Assembly (NCBI RefSeq): GCF_018350175.1
Contig: NC_058368.1
Coordinates: 202,060,001 to 202,124,000, forward strand
Direction of reading: 5' to 3'
From: Felis catus
Taxonomy: Eukaryota
Length of the DNA: 64,000 nt
Shown here: positions 1 through 12,770 of the stretch, one piece after another
Layout: every line of letters starts with the position of its first letter
Position numbering within the stretch: the first letter of the stretch is position 1
Made by a program: the position numbers and the translations under genes
The notes under the pieces: generated by a model
What the model was told of the DNA's origin: nothing
The model's database searches: none
Seen by the model: the letters and a program-made list of their open reading frames with translations, nothing else

Positions 1-169
1 GTCATCACATTGCTATGTTGCTGCACTATAAGTTTATTTCATCTTTTATTCATATTTTCTTTCATTTAAGATCGCAGTTTAATAGTTTGAAAGTGATGAG
101 GAAGCACATTCCATTATCATAAGAATTTCGTATCTTTGAGAGTCAGTACACATCATTGGTTGTAAGAAT

Positions 170-370
170 CCGAACCCGGCCACACCTAATTTTGTATTAA
201 CATCTGTCGTTGTCTTGATATGTGATCTAGGGAAAGATGGGTAACCTTCCTTTGCCTCAGCTTCCTCATCTATGACGTAGGAATGATAAAAATGGTACTT
301 ATGTCATAGAACTGCTATAAAGATGGAATGATGTGAAAAATACATAACTTTAGGTAACACATAGCTTTTG
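170..370 (+). mobile_element. MIR SINE remnant
   Basis: Core gcctcagcttcctcatctatga...atgataa. A second, minus-strand core (gaggaaactgaggt) lies near 517-530. Confidence 0.7.
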
Positions 371-671
371 TTATATTCCCCAGTGAGATAAATGGTGAGA
401 GGAAGTTAAGTGGGGGAATTATTCAGCAATTAATATATTACTAACATTTACCCCATGATAGCTCATTTAATTCCTTCTGCGGTCTCAGGAAATATGTATT
501 GTGCCATTTTACAATTGAGGAAACTGAGGTGTCCAACACGAAGATACTTTGTATTGCCCTGTCAGCAACGTCAGGCAAGGAACCTGACCCTGGGCTGCTG
601 CCTTGTGAAATGGGGGTGAAAATTCATATTCTAACTTCCTAATGTTGGAAGGCTCCAATGAGCCACATCAC

Positions 672-1299
672 TGAAAAGAGCGTGGTGTCCCAGAGTCACC
701 TTCTGGAATGTAAAGGCCTCCTGCTAGGAGTGATAGTGTTGCCATGTCTTCTCGCGAGTCCTCCCGCAAGAAAGATAGTCTGTCGTCAGCCCCACGAGGT
801 GCCAGGGAAATAATGCAAGGGTCAAAATAGCCTTCTCTGGGTGCTCCGGCCTCTCGGGCCTCTGGCAGCTCAATGGCCTACAGCTCCAAGGCCTGGGACT
901 CCTCATTCTGAGCAAGGGTGCCTTGCCAGCATAAACTCTGCTGAGCAGAGGCCAGCAGTAATGACTGACACTCAGCTTAGCCCTGGGGAAAAGACTCACA
1001 GAAATCTCCAAAGACTTTGTCCCTGAAGCAACAAGTGAGCAGTTTTGCAGGATGTGAAAGAATTTTCAGTAGACACGCCGCCTTGGACATTTTGACCTCC
1101 TGTGGCCCCTTCCTTCTCTGTAAGTTAAGATTTCCTGTCACACAGCAGCAAGGAGATAAAGCAAACTAGCTCAGCTTTCTAAGGATCCCTGAAGGACCAG
1201 CAAAGACCATAACTGCTATGAGCAAATGCTGAATGTTTTTTAAAAATCCAGGATACCAAGGTGACATATTTTGAGGGGAGTGTGTCCTGAATCACCTCA
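672..1299 (-). mobile_element. Probable ERV1-type LTR remnant
   Basis: The end ccaaggtgacatattttgaggggagtgtgtcctgaatcacctca resembles the LTR terminus at 52810-52852. No TSD seen; left boundary uncertain. Confidence 0.4.
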
Positions 1300-1379
1300 A
1301 AGGCATAAATTAAAAGTGGCTGGAGACAACTGGGCAACTATGATTTGCATTTCAGAGGTGGAATCAACTGAACTCTCCC

Positions 1380-1940
1380 ATATGTGATTCAGTATTGTGG
1401 GTCAGGGGAAGAGAAGGCTAATGCATCTCCCTTGGATATATTGAGTTTGAAGCACCTGCGGGATATCTAGGTTTAGATGCTCAGTAGACACTCAGAGCTA
1501 TGGACATGGGGATCCAGAAGCAAGTCTGGAATGGAGCTAAGAGTTTTGTGAATAAAGGATATTAGAGATAATAGTTGAATCCAACATGGGAGTGTCAAAT
1601 TGAAAAGGAAAGGGGCCAGAGAACAAAGTCCCAAGGGATACCACATTTATGGGTAGTTGGAGGAGTTTGTGTGGCCAGCAAAGTATTAAAATCCTGAAAT
1701 AGAAGCAAGGGAAAGAGAATTTCAAGGCGTATGTAGTCCCTGGCAATGGCTGATACTTGGGAGACATTAAATAAAACATGAGCTGTGAAAAGAGGTAGTC
1801 AGGTTAAACAACACCATTTTTAACCTATGGTAAAGCACTTTTTGTAATGTGGTAATAAGATACCAGAATATGCTATATTGGGTGAAGGCAGAGGCTGTGT
1901 AGAGAACTCCTTTATGAAATTGACCAGTGAAGTAAATTTC
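1380..1940 (-). mobile_element. L2 LINE remnant
   Basis: ttggatatattgagtttgaagcacctgcgggatatctagg...gtctggaatggag resembles L2. Confidence 0.6.
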
Positions 1941-3316
1941 TTCATTTGACAGAGACAGGACTAACTTTTAAGGGTACCCCAGAGCTAAAGGCGAATGAGG
2001 AACAGAAGACAGAAGCTTAGGACCGAATATAAAAAATCTTAAAACATTGTCTCATGCTTACGAGTACCTAGTCTTATTTTTGGTGTACTCAGAAAATGAG
2101 CCAAAACGTGTAAATTCCTTCAGTTTGTCTGACTCAGTTTTTTTCCCTGTATAAATGAATGTTGTTAAGATCTGTTTATACCTAGGTATTTTTGTTTTTG
2201 TTTTTGTTTTTTACTCAGCACTCTTGTAATTCCGAGAGCAGTTATTTCAAGCTTGTGCTCACCAAGCACCTCACACTACCTGTGCTAACTTTGCACCTGG
2301 TCATTGCTTAAGGAAGCATTTCTGTAAAGTTTTAAGTGGAATTAAAAGTGATGTTATGCTACTTAGGTTCTCTTTTTTCTTTTCCACATTTTTGGCTCTG
2401 CGTTCTGCTTTTAGTGATACCATGCTACTGAGCATGAGATTGAGAAACATGTTTATATAAGGCAGTGCCCTCCCACAAACACAACCCTTTACTTCCCTTT
2501 AAGAGTAACCAGCACTACTCTGATTTTTATACAGTCGCTGCCTTGGTTTTTAAAATTGTTTTATTACGCAGGTGTACATCCCTAAATATTATAGGTTGGT
2601 TTTAGCTCCTTTTCTAAAGGCGTGTTTTTAAAGTATCTTTTTATTTTTAGGTTCGTTTCTTTCCCTTTTCTAATTTATCAGTTGACAAAACCAGATCATT
2701 CGTCATGTAGAGTTTTCTTACACTCCAGATTTTGTTGATCATTTTCACAGGGTGCAGTTTAACATGTTTTTCCCATCCTCTGTATTTCCTGTAAACTGGT
2801 AGATGGATCTAGAGACTTCGTTTCAGGACCCTCTCCCCCTTTATTTTATTTTATATTTGGGGACAAAAGTACAGCTTAGGTAGTGGGGTGTTCCTCCCCA
2901 AGGGACACACAATTCTGTGTTGGGGAGGGTTGCAGCAATTCATGCAAAATGCCCAGATCTGCAACATCATTGTGTCAGATTTCTAGAGTTTCTTCATTCA
3001 TTTGCTGGATACCGATACATTCTTGTCAGAACTACAAAGAACATGATTCCTGAAAGGAGTCCCAACAGTTACTTCATTCTCTCCCTTAGGTTTCCTTTCT
3101 TTTTGCAGTTGGACTGTTTCTGTGCTATCAGCATAAAGCACTCCTTTATATAGTGCTCATTCCCTGTATCCTTGTCAGCTAGAGATTTTAAGATTAACAT
3201 CATAGCCTTAGGCTTTTGCTATTCTGTCAATGTAACAAACCCTTTCTTCAGCTGTGACAATGAAAAAGATTAATATAGGGAACCTAATCTATGTTGACAG
3301 AGGAATAATTCTTCAA

Positions 3317-3521
3317 TTTTTTTTTTCAACGTTTATTTATTTTTGGGACAGAGAGAGACAGAGCATGAACGGGGGAGGGGCAGAGAGAGAGGGAGACACA
3401 GAATCAGAAACAGAATCTGGCCATCAGCCCAGAGCCCGACGCGGGGCTCGAACTCACGGACCGCGAGATCGTGACCTGGCTGAAGTCGGACGCTTAACCG
3501 ACTGCGCCACCCAGGCGCTCC
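3317..3521 (-). mobile_element. Young felid SINEC with an internal deletion
   Basis: Perfect 17-bp TSD GAGGAATAATTCTTCAA at 3300-3316 and 3522-3538; CpGs retained. Confidence 0.95.
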
Positions 3522-3563
3522 GAGGAATAATTCTTCAAAGGAATGTTACATTAAGAAACTATT

Positions 3564-3734
3564 GAGGCACCCGGGTGGCTCAGTCGGTCTGTGTCTGACT
3601 TTGGCTCATTTCATGGTCTCACGGTCCATGGGTTTGAGCCCCACATCGGGCTCTGTGCTGACAGTTCAGAACCTGGAGCCTGCTTCAGATTCTGTGTCTC
3701 CCTCTTTTTCTGCTCCTCCCCCACTCATGCTCTG

Positions 3735-3772
<38 letters not shown>

Positions 3773-3798
3773 AAAACTAAGTAAACATTAAAAAAAAA
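3564..3798 (+). mobile_element. SINEC
   Basis: tRNA-like head, (CT)n tract and A tail. Confidence 0.92.
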
Positions 3799-3835
3799 GG
3801 TTGATAGAGCATTGTTATTGATTACTTAAAACTGC

Positions 3836-3862
3836 TATATATATATATATATATATATATAT
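3836..3862. repeat. (TA)n microsatellite ~65 bp upstream of EMB exon 3
   Basis: Direct reading. Confidence 0.95.
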
Positions 3863-3925
3863 TGGGTCTCCCCTAAATGTAACTTTACAACTTTTTTTTT
3901 CTTGGTTTTCTTTTGTGGCTAATAG

Positions 3926-4109
3926 AACATTCCAATGTACCGGTGGAAAAAAATATCACTTTAGAAAGACCTTCTAATATAGAACTCACATGCCAAATCA
4001 CAATATCTAGGGGTGTGAATTCAGTAAATGTGACTTGGAAAAAAGGTGATGAACTACTTGAGAATTATCTCACCAATGCAACAGGATGCATCCTGTATGC
4101 CCAGTACAT
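3926..4109 (+). CDS. EMB: Embigin coding exon (exon 3 by human numbering), first Ig domain part 1
   Basis: Acceptor aatag|AACAT and donor AT|gtaagt; 184 nt. Translates (E)HSNVPVEKNITLERPSNIELTCQITISRGVNSVNVTWKKGDELLENYLTNATGCILYAQY(M), matching recalled embigin EHSSMPVEKNITLERPSNVNLTC. Confidence 0.96.
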
Positions 4110-4341
4110 GTAAGTATATAAAATTTTAACCTGCATGGCTAGATGAAATTTGTTAACTTCTTAACATTTTTGCTGACTGGGCATTCTTTCCTTTGCTGTC
4201 TCTTGAAAGTTATGCTAATGTTCTATTTTGCATATTTACGGGACTGTTTCTATTTTAGAATTTTGACTGAATGCTAAGTCTTTTTCAGTTTGATCAAGAA
4301 GTGTTTTGAGAACTAAGTCTATATTAATAAATTCTCTTTAG

Positions 4342-4430
4342 GTTTACCATCATTAATAGCAAACAAATGGGAAGCTATTCTTGTTTCTTTGGAGGAGAAA
4401 AGGAACAAAGAGGTACATTTAACTTCAAAG
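4342..4430 (+). CDS. EMB: Embigin coding exon 4, first Ig domain part 2
   Basis: Acceptor ctttag|G and donor AAAG|gtcagt; 89 nt, phase-compatible with exon 3. Translates FTIINSKQMGSYSCFFGGEKEQRGTFNFK. Confidence 0.96.
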
Positions 4431-5875
4431 GTCAGTACTAATAATTTATAGTGATAATTTCAGCATTAAATTTTTAAAATTCTAAATATCCAAATATTTA
4501 ACTTATCATTACAGCACTAAACATAATGAGCTGAGAGAAAATCATATGCTTTTCACTGAATCCTAAGTTGTGACCTTAAAAATGGAGCTTCCCAGTCTTC
4601 CCAGTGGTAGACTTTGTGTTTCCCAATCGACTTGCCATCCAGCCTCCCTCCCCTAGATTAAAGCACAAATTTTAGTTTGAAAGATTGGGGTGCCAGGTTA
4701 TTTGCAAGTCTCTTGAGTTCATTTATTTTTTCATTTGCTTAGCCCCCTAAACTCAGAGCTTTTATACTATCCCTCTAGGTATCTGTTATTGCACCCCTGG
4801 ACTGTGAGAATGCGATCTGGTGTTATGTATCTATCAGTGGCTCCAGGACTTAGGGGTTTCAGGGATCCATAACATTTAAAAATAATTTGGAGATGCACAA
4901 AGGGTTGCCTGTTTTTGGTCTCCTCAAATAAGGACACACTCCAGAATACAATCCATGGTACTCTCCTGTGGTACAAACAAAGGGAAATCAGAGTATTTTA
5001 CTTTTACTATCATTAAACCAAAACCTTAAAGGTCTCAATCTCATAATAAAGACTGATCTTTGAGTTGGATAATTATCTTCATGAAAAACCCCTATTTTGT
5101 GATGGATTCGTGAACCACAATGTCCATGCTGGTATTTGGGAAATGTGGTCTGTTGCCATATTCACTATTTTGGGCTTTGCTTTACATTAATTTCCCAGGG
5201 TACATGAGAAATTGTTCTCTACTTTTCCTGAAAATTTTGAAGTCTGGCTAGCTGCTCTGACAAAATATGGATACCATCTCCAAAGCCCCATCAATAGCAG
5301 AATGGCCTGCTTCAGTTATTGCCCTGATTTAAGATGGTTTGCTCCTACAGCCCTCCCTATATTCCTTCTATACTCACAGATTCGTTTCCTTCATGTGGTT
5401 TTGTAAATGTTCCTACTCGGTAAATGTAATAAATCCTTGTGTTCGTGCAATTTGGTCTCTGCAAAGGCAGAAACTATTACCATCCTTTGATTATTTGATC
5501 ATGGACATTCTCTCTTAACCTCTTTTCCTCTGTTTGCTTAATTTAATTTAGTAAAGGACAGATACACTGTACATTTCCTTCTCTTATTCCCTTCCTTCCC
5601 TTGTCTTTGTCTTTCCTTCCTCTTCCCCCTCACCCAGTCCCCTCTTCCCTTCCTTCCTTCCTTCCTAATGAGCTAAAAGAATATTAAACACATACGCATA
5701 CACACAATCCTAGTAAACATTTTATTGAGTCTCCCTTCAATGTGTAAAGAAATCCTATAGTTTTGAGGAAATACTCATCAAATCTTCAGGCTTAAAATGA
5801 TTCCAGGAGATTCAGTTTTAAAAATTGCTTTTCCCCTCTCCTAAATAGTACTGTTTTCTAAAAATATGTACTAGT

Positions 5876-6101
5876 GGGGTGCCTGGGTGGCTCAGTTGGT
5901 TAAGCGTCGGACTTCAGCTCAAGTCGTGATCTCATGGTTTGTGAGTTTGATCCCCGCATCAGGCTTTGTGCTCAGAGCCTGGAACCTGCTACAGATTCTG
6001 TGTCTCCCTCTCTCTCTGTCTCTCCCCCACTCTCACTCTGTCTCTTTCTTTCTCTCTCAAAAATAAATAAACATTAAAAAAATAAAATAAAATAAAATAA
6101 A
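5876..6101 (+). mobile_element. SINEC
   Basis: 17-bp TSD TAAAAATATGTACTAGT at 5859-5875 and 6102-6118. Confidence 0.95.
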
Positions 6102-8757
6102 TAAAAATATGTACTAGTAATGCCTGTTCAGAATTTAAATATTGAATATATTATACTTTTTCCTATCAGCTCTCTTATAATAAATTACTTAAGTTATTAT
6201 TTAGTAGTGATTTCTCCTGCCTCTAATGTGAAGATGAACAGAAGCATTTTACTTTTCAATGTGCCAATACACTTAATGCTGGGTATTCTTGGAGAAGGCC
6301 TCTGGATTCCATATCTATTTTGTGATATCTAGGCTAATTCTGGCTGGTCTCCGGAGCACCAACACAAGGCCTAGGTTTGAAATCAAATGCTTGAGGAATG
6401 CATAAAGCCACTGAATATTTACTATTTTTTTTCTTTTTATAGTATTCTTAAAGTAGTTTAGTTCAGTTTATTAGTCTTTAATGCCCACTTATCATTAATG
6501 TAACTTTTAAGTATCTACTGTATCCTGAAGTTATTTAGAAAATTAATAAGTTCGGGCTTTCCAGATCTTCTTTGGTAAAATAATAATTTCCTTTAATTCA
6601 TCTAGATTGAATATTGCTTGGAGGAGAAATTGCATTTGATTACAATTTCAAGGCATCTGCAGAATAATTCATTCATATTAGTTATTATGTAGTTAGATCT
6701 GTAAGATACATATTTTTATAAATATCCTACTATATTATGTCTCCACATGGCTTGTTTGTGGTTCTTCCTAAGAAGAAGGGTTATTTTTCCTTAGCAATGC
6801 TACAGCTGAGTGTGGTTGAAAAGACTTTTTTATCCTCTATTTTAAATCCAGCCAAAAAACGCATTCTGCTATTGACTATATGAGTCAACTATAGGGTATG
6901 TGCCTGAGTCCTCAGAACAGTTCATCCGCAAAATCCCTGCTTTGGCCTTTATGGGAGCGGGTTGGTTTATTACCACAAGACTGTAAAAAGGCTTCAACAT
7001 CACTGATTAGTATAAAGCAAACTTTGTGTGTTTGGCTGTTGATGCCGGTACAGGCGAGAGAGCAAAGTCATCCTGGAAGCTTGCAAGTGCTAATATGTCA
7101 GTGATTACTTTTCCCTCAAGAAAGATGAATGAATGCTGGGCTATGGTGTTCCTCGGCAGTGGGTCAAGTATTCCGACATAGTTGCTGAAAACTTCTACGA
7201 TATTCATTAATGTTAAAATCTCGTAGTAGAAAGATGCAGAAATTTGGTTGGTGAAGGACAAGTAATAGCACATAGAACTTTTTAGAAGTCATGGTGAGAT
7301 TTTAATGGTACCAAATACTGCAAAACCTGTCTTGGAGTGGCCATCTGCCTTTGCTAGGAAGTTTCCAAGGAGTCAAAGTATGGAAGAGTAGCATAATAGA
7401 GTCAGTTGGAACTTCAGCTTCAAACCCTGGTGTTGAAGTCTAGTTAGCTATCTTCAACTATGGGAAAGGATCTTTTTCCTAATTTGATAATATCTTAATG
7501 TCTTTGAGCCCAAAATGACACAAGCTGATTTTTTTCTAGCCCATGAATATGCAGATATCAATCTCTCACCTTACAACTCCATTGGGCTTTTACTGTCACC
7601 AGGTACATCCCAGACTGCATCTTATTAGACATGAGTTTGAATTAGCAATTTTGCCATCTTCAAACTTGGGATTCTTCCATTCCCAAGACTCTCACCTGTC
7701 CTGCTTTATCCAAAGTTTCAGAAGGTCAACAGAACACATTCGACTACTGTATCACTGTCCTTTGCATAAATATTTCCAAACGTAAGTAGCAGCCCACAAC
7801 CAACTGTGACCTCTGGAGAAGTTCAAACAAATTCATGTTTCCTGACCATAGTGCATTTTATTATTTAGATCCATACTGCTGTTATCAGCCATATAAAGCA
7901 TAGCAGAGCAGTGGTTCATGTCCTCTTGGTCATGAGTCTAGGGGATAGTCAAGAAAACAGAGGAGATGAAAAGAAAATAGAATTTTGCTTTTGTTTCCCT
8001 GTAGCATCACTAAGTCACTGCACAGTTAGTTGTCTGCTGTCTGTACCCTGATCCTAGCATTTCATTGGAATGATTTAGCAGCAGAGCTGTATGTTCTTCA
8101 CCCAAACCTCATAAAATATCCCAGATTTTCTTGAAAATCCCCTTTCAGCTACCAGTCATGCTTTCCAACCCTGTGCCTCTTAGAGGCCTACTGAAAAACA
8201 GTGTTTTTCTGCCATGTTTCTTCCCCCAAATGTTGCCTTTCTTCCACTTTTGATTCTTAGCTTACAGGTAGATTTCAATATTTTGATCTTATTTCAACAC
8301 GGATTTTCCCAATAAAGTATGTCCTAATGAATTTCCAGAAAGAATCATGCTGAGGTTGAGAACCAGGAAAGGTATCTGGGATAGGAGATCAACAAACAAG
8401 GAAAGCAGAAACTGTGCCCTTGACTAGTGGCCAACACAACTGGTTTCAAAGTCTGCCTTCAAAGCAGTGTTTGTTTTGAGGCGAGCCTAGCCTAGCTCTA
8501 GAAGTAACTATAACAGAGCTGCACTACTGAAAAACAGTGCCAGATATATACATGTTGTACCTTTTCATGTGAAACTCAAGAAGTGTGGCTCTGCTTCATC
8601 TGAGGTTTGGAAGGAGCCTCGTGGCTTCCGAAAAGAATCCTTATTTTAGCCAAGATCAAATCTCTGCTTCATTTATAAGTCTTTAGTTGAGGCCTCACCT
8701 GAAGTAGGGTTGATCTTTCCAAGAGCTTCTGTGTTCTCATACTTCATTTAAGAATAT

Positions 8758-8960
8758 GGGGCGCCTGGGTGGCGCAGTCGATTAAGCGTCCGACTTCAGC
8801 CAGGTCACGATCTCGCGGTCTGTGAGTTCGAGCCCCGCGTCGGGCTCTGGGCTGATGGCTCAGAGCCTGGAGCCTGTTTCTGATTCTGTGTCTCCCTCTC
8901 TCTCTGCCCTTCCCCCGTTCATGCTCTGTCTCTCTCTGTCCCAAAAATAAATAAACGTTG

Positions 8961-8989
<29 letters not shown>
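8758..8989 (+). mobile_element. Young felid SINEC
   Basis: CpG-rich head, uninterrupted A29 tail at 8961-8989, short TSD AAGAATA. Confidence 0.95.
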
Positions 8990-8991
<2 letters not shown>

Positions 8992-10154
8992 ATAAAGCCA
9001 CACCAGGTGTTGGACATACTGGGATGAAGTATGATTAGGAAGTGATCTTGAATTGATAGATCGTGTTTTGTCAGAAGGCCCACAAATAACTTCATTCTCA
9101 CTTGGTCCAGTCATTCCTTCTCACAGCAAAATCTCAAATAAGAAAATGTACACAAAAAACAGATGGTCAAGCAAAGTAACAGTTTGTTATTGGCCAGTCT
9201 TGGCCACAAACCTTGCTGAAATTCTTGGAAGCCTATGCCACATGGAAGGCTTCTATTTTCTCAATTAGATTGTACTGACCTTCAACTAAAGCAGAGCCAT
9301 ATATTCCTTCTCAGCCCAAGGTCCATTTGGTCTTTACTACCAAGACAAGAGTATATAGCCTCCTGAGCTGGAAAAAAATATGCTGAGCATGAGGCTATGG
9401 TATTTATACTTCCAAATTTCTATCCCTGAAGAACAGGGCCTGATCAGTGCCCTGGACCATGACCAATACAGGATAATCCTCCTCTTTAGGACTGGGAAGC
9501 TGGAGGGCTGGATGGAAGAAGGGAACTTCTATTGAGGTCACCAGGGGCTTCAGTCCAGGTTTCTATAGCCACCAACTCCAGTGTCTAGTGAGGAAGCTGG
9601 ATCTACCATAAGAAAAACAAAACAGAACAAAATGTCCTATGGTTCAGCATAATGTAGGCCTGTAACATCTTGACACTGAAAAGTATGGTCTTCTCAAGAA
9701 TTAAAATACAGGCATGTTAATATCAGGACAGATGGTCAGTCTATCCTCTTAGATCCTAGAGTTGCTTCCAGTTTTCTTATATTGGTTATTTTCCTACATT
9801 AGAGTGGGCTCTCCAAGTCTACGAATGAGCCCGGCAGTGGGGGGGGGGGGGTAGCCACAGACTTAGGACACTGAACAAAAGTGGTTTGACTTAATAGGAC
9901 AGAACACTTATGCAAGGGACACACTCTACTTTTATTTTTAAAAAGGCACATGGACAGCAATTATTCTGTGATTTAAAAATTTAGGTCATAGATTATGTTA
10001 AAGTATTAGTTGCTTTATTCTGCTTTTTCTTGTGAAAACTAGTGTGTGGTAGATGGGCCCTTTTCTTTTTGTTCTTAGATTATATGTAGTATGTAAAATT
10101 ATTCCGTATATTCTTCCTGCTCCGTATACTACATAGGTTTGGAAACAAATTTTC

Positions 10155-10390
10155 TTTCTTTCTTTTTCTTTTTTTTTCTTTTTTTAATGTTTATTTTTGA
10201 GAGAGAGAGAGAGAGAGACAGAGTGTGGGGGGAGGGGGAGTGGAGAGAGAGGGAGACACAGAATCCGAAGCAGGCTTCAGGCTCTGAGCTGTCAGCACAG
10301 AGCCCGATGTGGGACTCGAACCCATGAACCGTGAGATCATGACCTGAGCTGAAGTCAGACGCTTAACTGACTGAGCCACCCAGGCACCCT
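10155..10390 (-). mobile_element. SINEC
   Basis: T-rich tail, (GA)n tract, ends gagccacccaggcaccc. Confidence 0.93.
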
Positions 10391-12308
10391 GACAAGATTT
10401 TCTTTTTAACTTTTTAACCTTTGAACTAATTTCATTCAAAGGAACAGTAATGAGGCACTCTGATTTAATTGTTTTAATTTATACTGAAATTGTAATCTTT
10501 ATACAAACAAAATCTTATTTAATTGCTTTCACCAAGTACTTGAATGTGTATGTCAAGCAGTAGAATTTGTTTTACAGCTTCACTCAGTTGTTTAATGTAT
10601 GTTATTAAAGGGTGGATTGGTGCCATCACCCACATCTCAAAGCTACTGTTTCTACATTCTTTTGGGTCTTGTTTCCTGTGAATTCATCCCTTGAATTTTT
10701 CATTATTTTACTTTGATAATCTCCTTTCTCACATGGGCTGGGTGGTCCATCAAGGACTCAGCTTGGAGGCGTTCCCCCATTTTGGAGTGTTTTTACAGGT
10801 CCCTACAGTTCTGACATATATTCAGATGAATTTCCAGTTTTCTTTTTTTATTCTAAGTCTTATTTCTTCTCTGTCCAAAATGACTACATGACCGAGAAAT
10901 CATCCTCGTACATAATGATAATCTATCCTAGTAAGCTGGCTAATGACCACTATGTAGTAAGACCATGCATATTACAACTTGTAAGAAGGATCGGTTAAGA
11001 AAAGCAGAACTAGTCCATGATCAAAAGTTTGTGGTGTTTACTCTGTACCAAGTACTTTATGTTTTATGATCCCATACTTAATCCTCTATGACAACACTGC
11101 AGGATAGGTATGTCCTACCTATGTCCTCAACAGGAGTAACACTGAAACTGTAATTTTAATGTATGTATTTCCTGCACCCAAATCAATTCTTTGTCACATC
11201 ATTGTCACATTGGGCTGACTTCCTTCAAACAGTTAATGACTTGACCTTTGAAATGCACACATACTAACCACATATTAACTAAATATCCCTCAGCCTAATG
11301 GTGACCAATAAGGAGTGTGGGACACTAGTGGTCTCAGTCAAAGGAATGCACAGAGTATCTTCTCTGGCTGGGCTGTCTTCAATCAAGATAGTCATATATA
11401 CTCACCTCTCTCCTCTCTCAGGAGCACCCTAGTGGAACCTTACTAGGTTTTCATATACTATTAGTGGGTGATTATAAATTCAGATAGGCAGTTCACATCT
11501 TTGTTTAATGTAAAATTGTAGACCATTCATTTTCATAAAAACATGTTTCCTTAGTTATGAGGAGCGTGAGAACCATTGACTTATAGATTGCTCAGTTATC
11601 TTTCTTATGATTACTTAAAGCATTTATACTGTCATGGGTGACATATGTTCCTCTTATTTGCATCTCTTTTTTATTAGCAGTGCCTCATTCAACACTCTGC
11701 TGGTCAGCAGTCTTGATGAAGGAGAGGGTGATACGCACAATTGTATTTAGGCACAATTTAAACAATGAGGAATAAAGAAGACTCCCCACACCCATCATTG
11801 TAACATTAATCACCTAAGGACAGATTCTATACAGAAAACCTATTCTCCAACCTATTTTTACCATTTCCCTGGCGATTATACAAGTTAGAATTTCTTTCCT
11901 AGTCATTAGTAATTATTTTCCCCTTCCTCATCTTTACAATTCATACATCCAGCAAGTGCCCAGTTATCTTTTATACTTTCTGTTGCCAAACAAAAAAGGG
12001 AAGAACAACACAAAACCAAAAATCTGCTCAAATGAGTAAAAGAAAAAATAAATAAATAAAAGTAATCTTTGTTGATCAGTCTACATCTCTAGTGTAAGTA
12101 TATTCCATAATATATCCTTTGAGGTCAATAAGAAGAAACTGATTCCACCATGGAGCTGGTGGCTGTCTTTTTATTGCTTTGCTTATGTTCTTTTGTTTTA
12201 ATTTTCTTTACCAAGTCATTCACGTCCTTAAAACTTAACATTTCTAAATTCAGTGTTCACTTTGATTCTGTTACCGGTGAGTAGTAAATTTCTTAGGAAA
12301 TTTGTCCT

Positions 12309-12692
12309 ACAAAACAAACAGACAAAAACAGAAAAAGAGTCATAAATATGGACATCAAACTGGTGGTTGCCAGAGGGGTGGGGCGTGGTGGGGAAAATGG
12401 GCAAAATGGGTAAAGGGAAGTAGGAGGTACAGGATTCCAGTTTCGGCGTGGAATGAAAGGTCCAGCATAGGGAATATAGTCTATGATACTGTAATAGTGT
12501 CGCATGGTGTTAGATGGTAACTACTCATGTGGTAAGCATAACATATAGACTCATCTGATCGCTGTGTGATGTACACCTGAAGCTAATGTAATATTGTGTG
12601 TCACCTGTGCTCCAATTAAAAAATAAATGGTTTCACGTTGTATGAAGCTAAAATTACATAAAGCAAATTATATTAATGAGAAAATGAAAGAA
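12309..12692 (+). mobile_element. 5'-truncated carnivore L1 3' end just upstream of EMB exon 5
   Basis: tggtggttgccagagggg...gtacacctgaagctaatgtaatattgtgtgtca...aaaaataaa, flanked by the near-repeat AGGA(G)AATTTGTCCT. Confidence 0.8.
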
Positions 12693-12770
12693 AGGAGAAT
12701 TTGTCCTCAACTTGAATGAGTTTCCTTATTCAAACTCTTTCAGTAACATGTTTTTCTAAATATTTCTTAG

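Noticed and set aside
1..3925. EMB exons 1-2 and promoter
   Set aside because: No signal-peptide exon, exon 2-like peptide or CpG island is visible. They presumably lie upstream of the window.
7300..11500. Stretches of intron 4 that vaguely resemble decayed retroviral internal sequence
   Set aside because: I could not identify LTR pairs, TSDs or protein motifs by eye.
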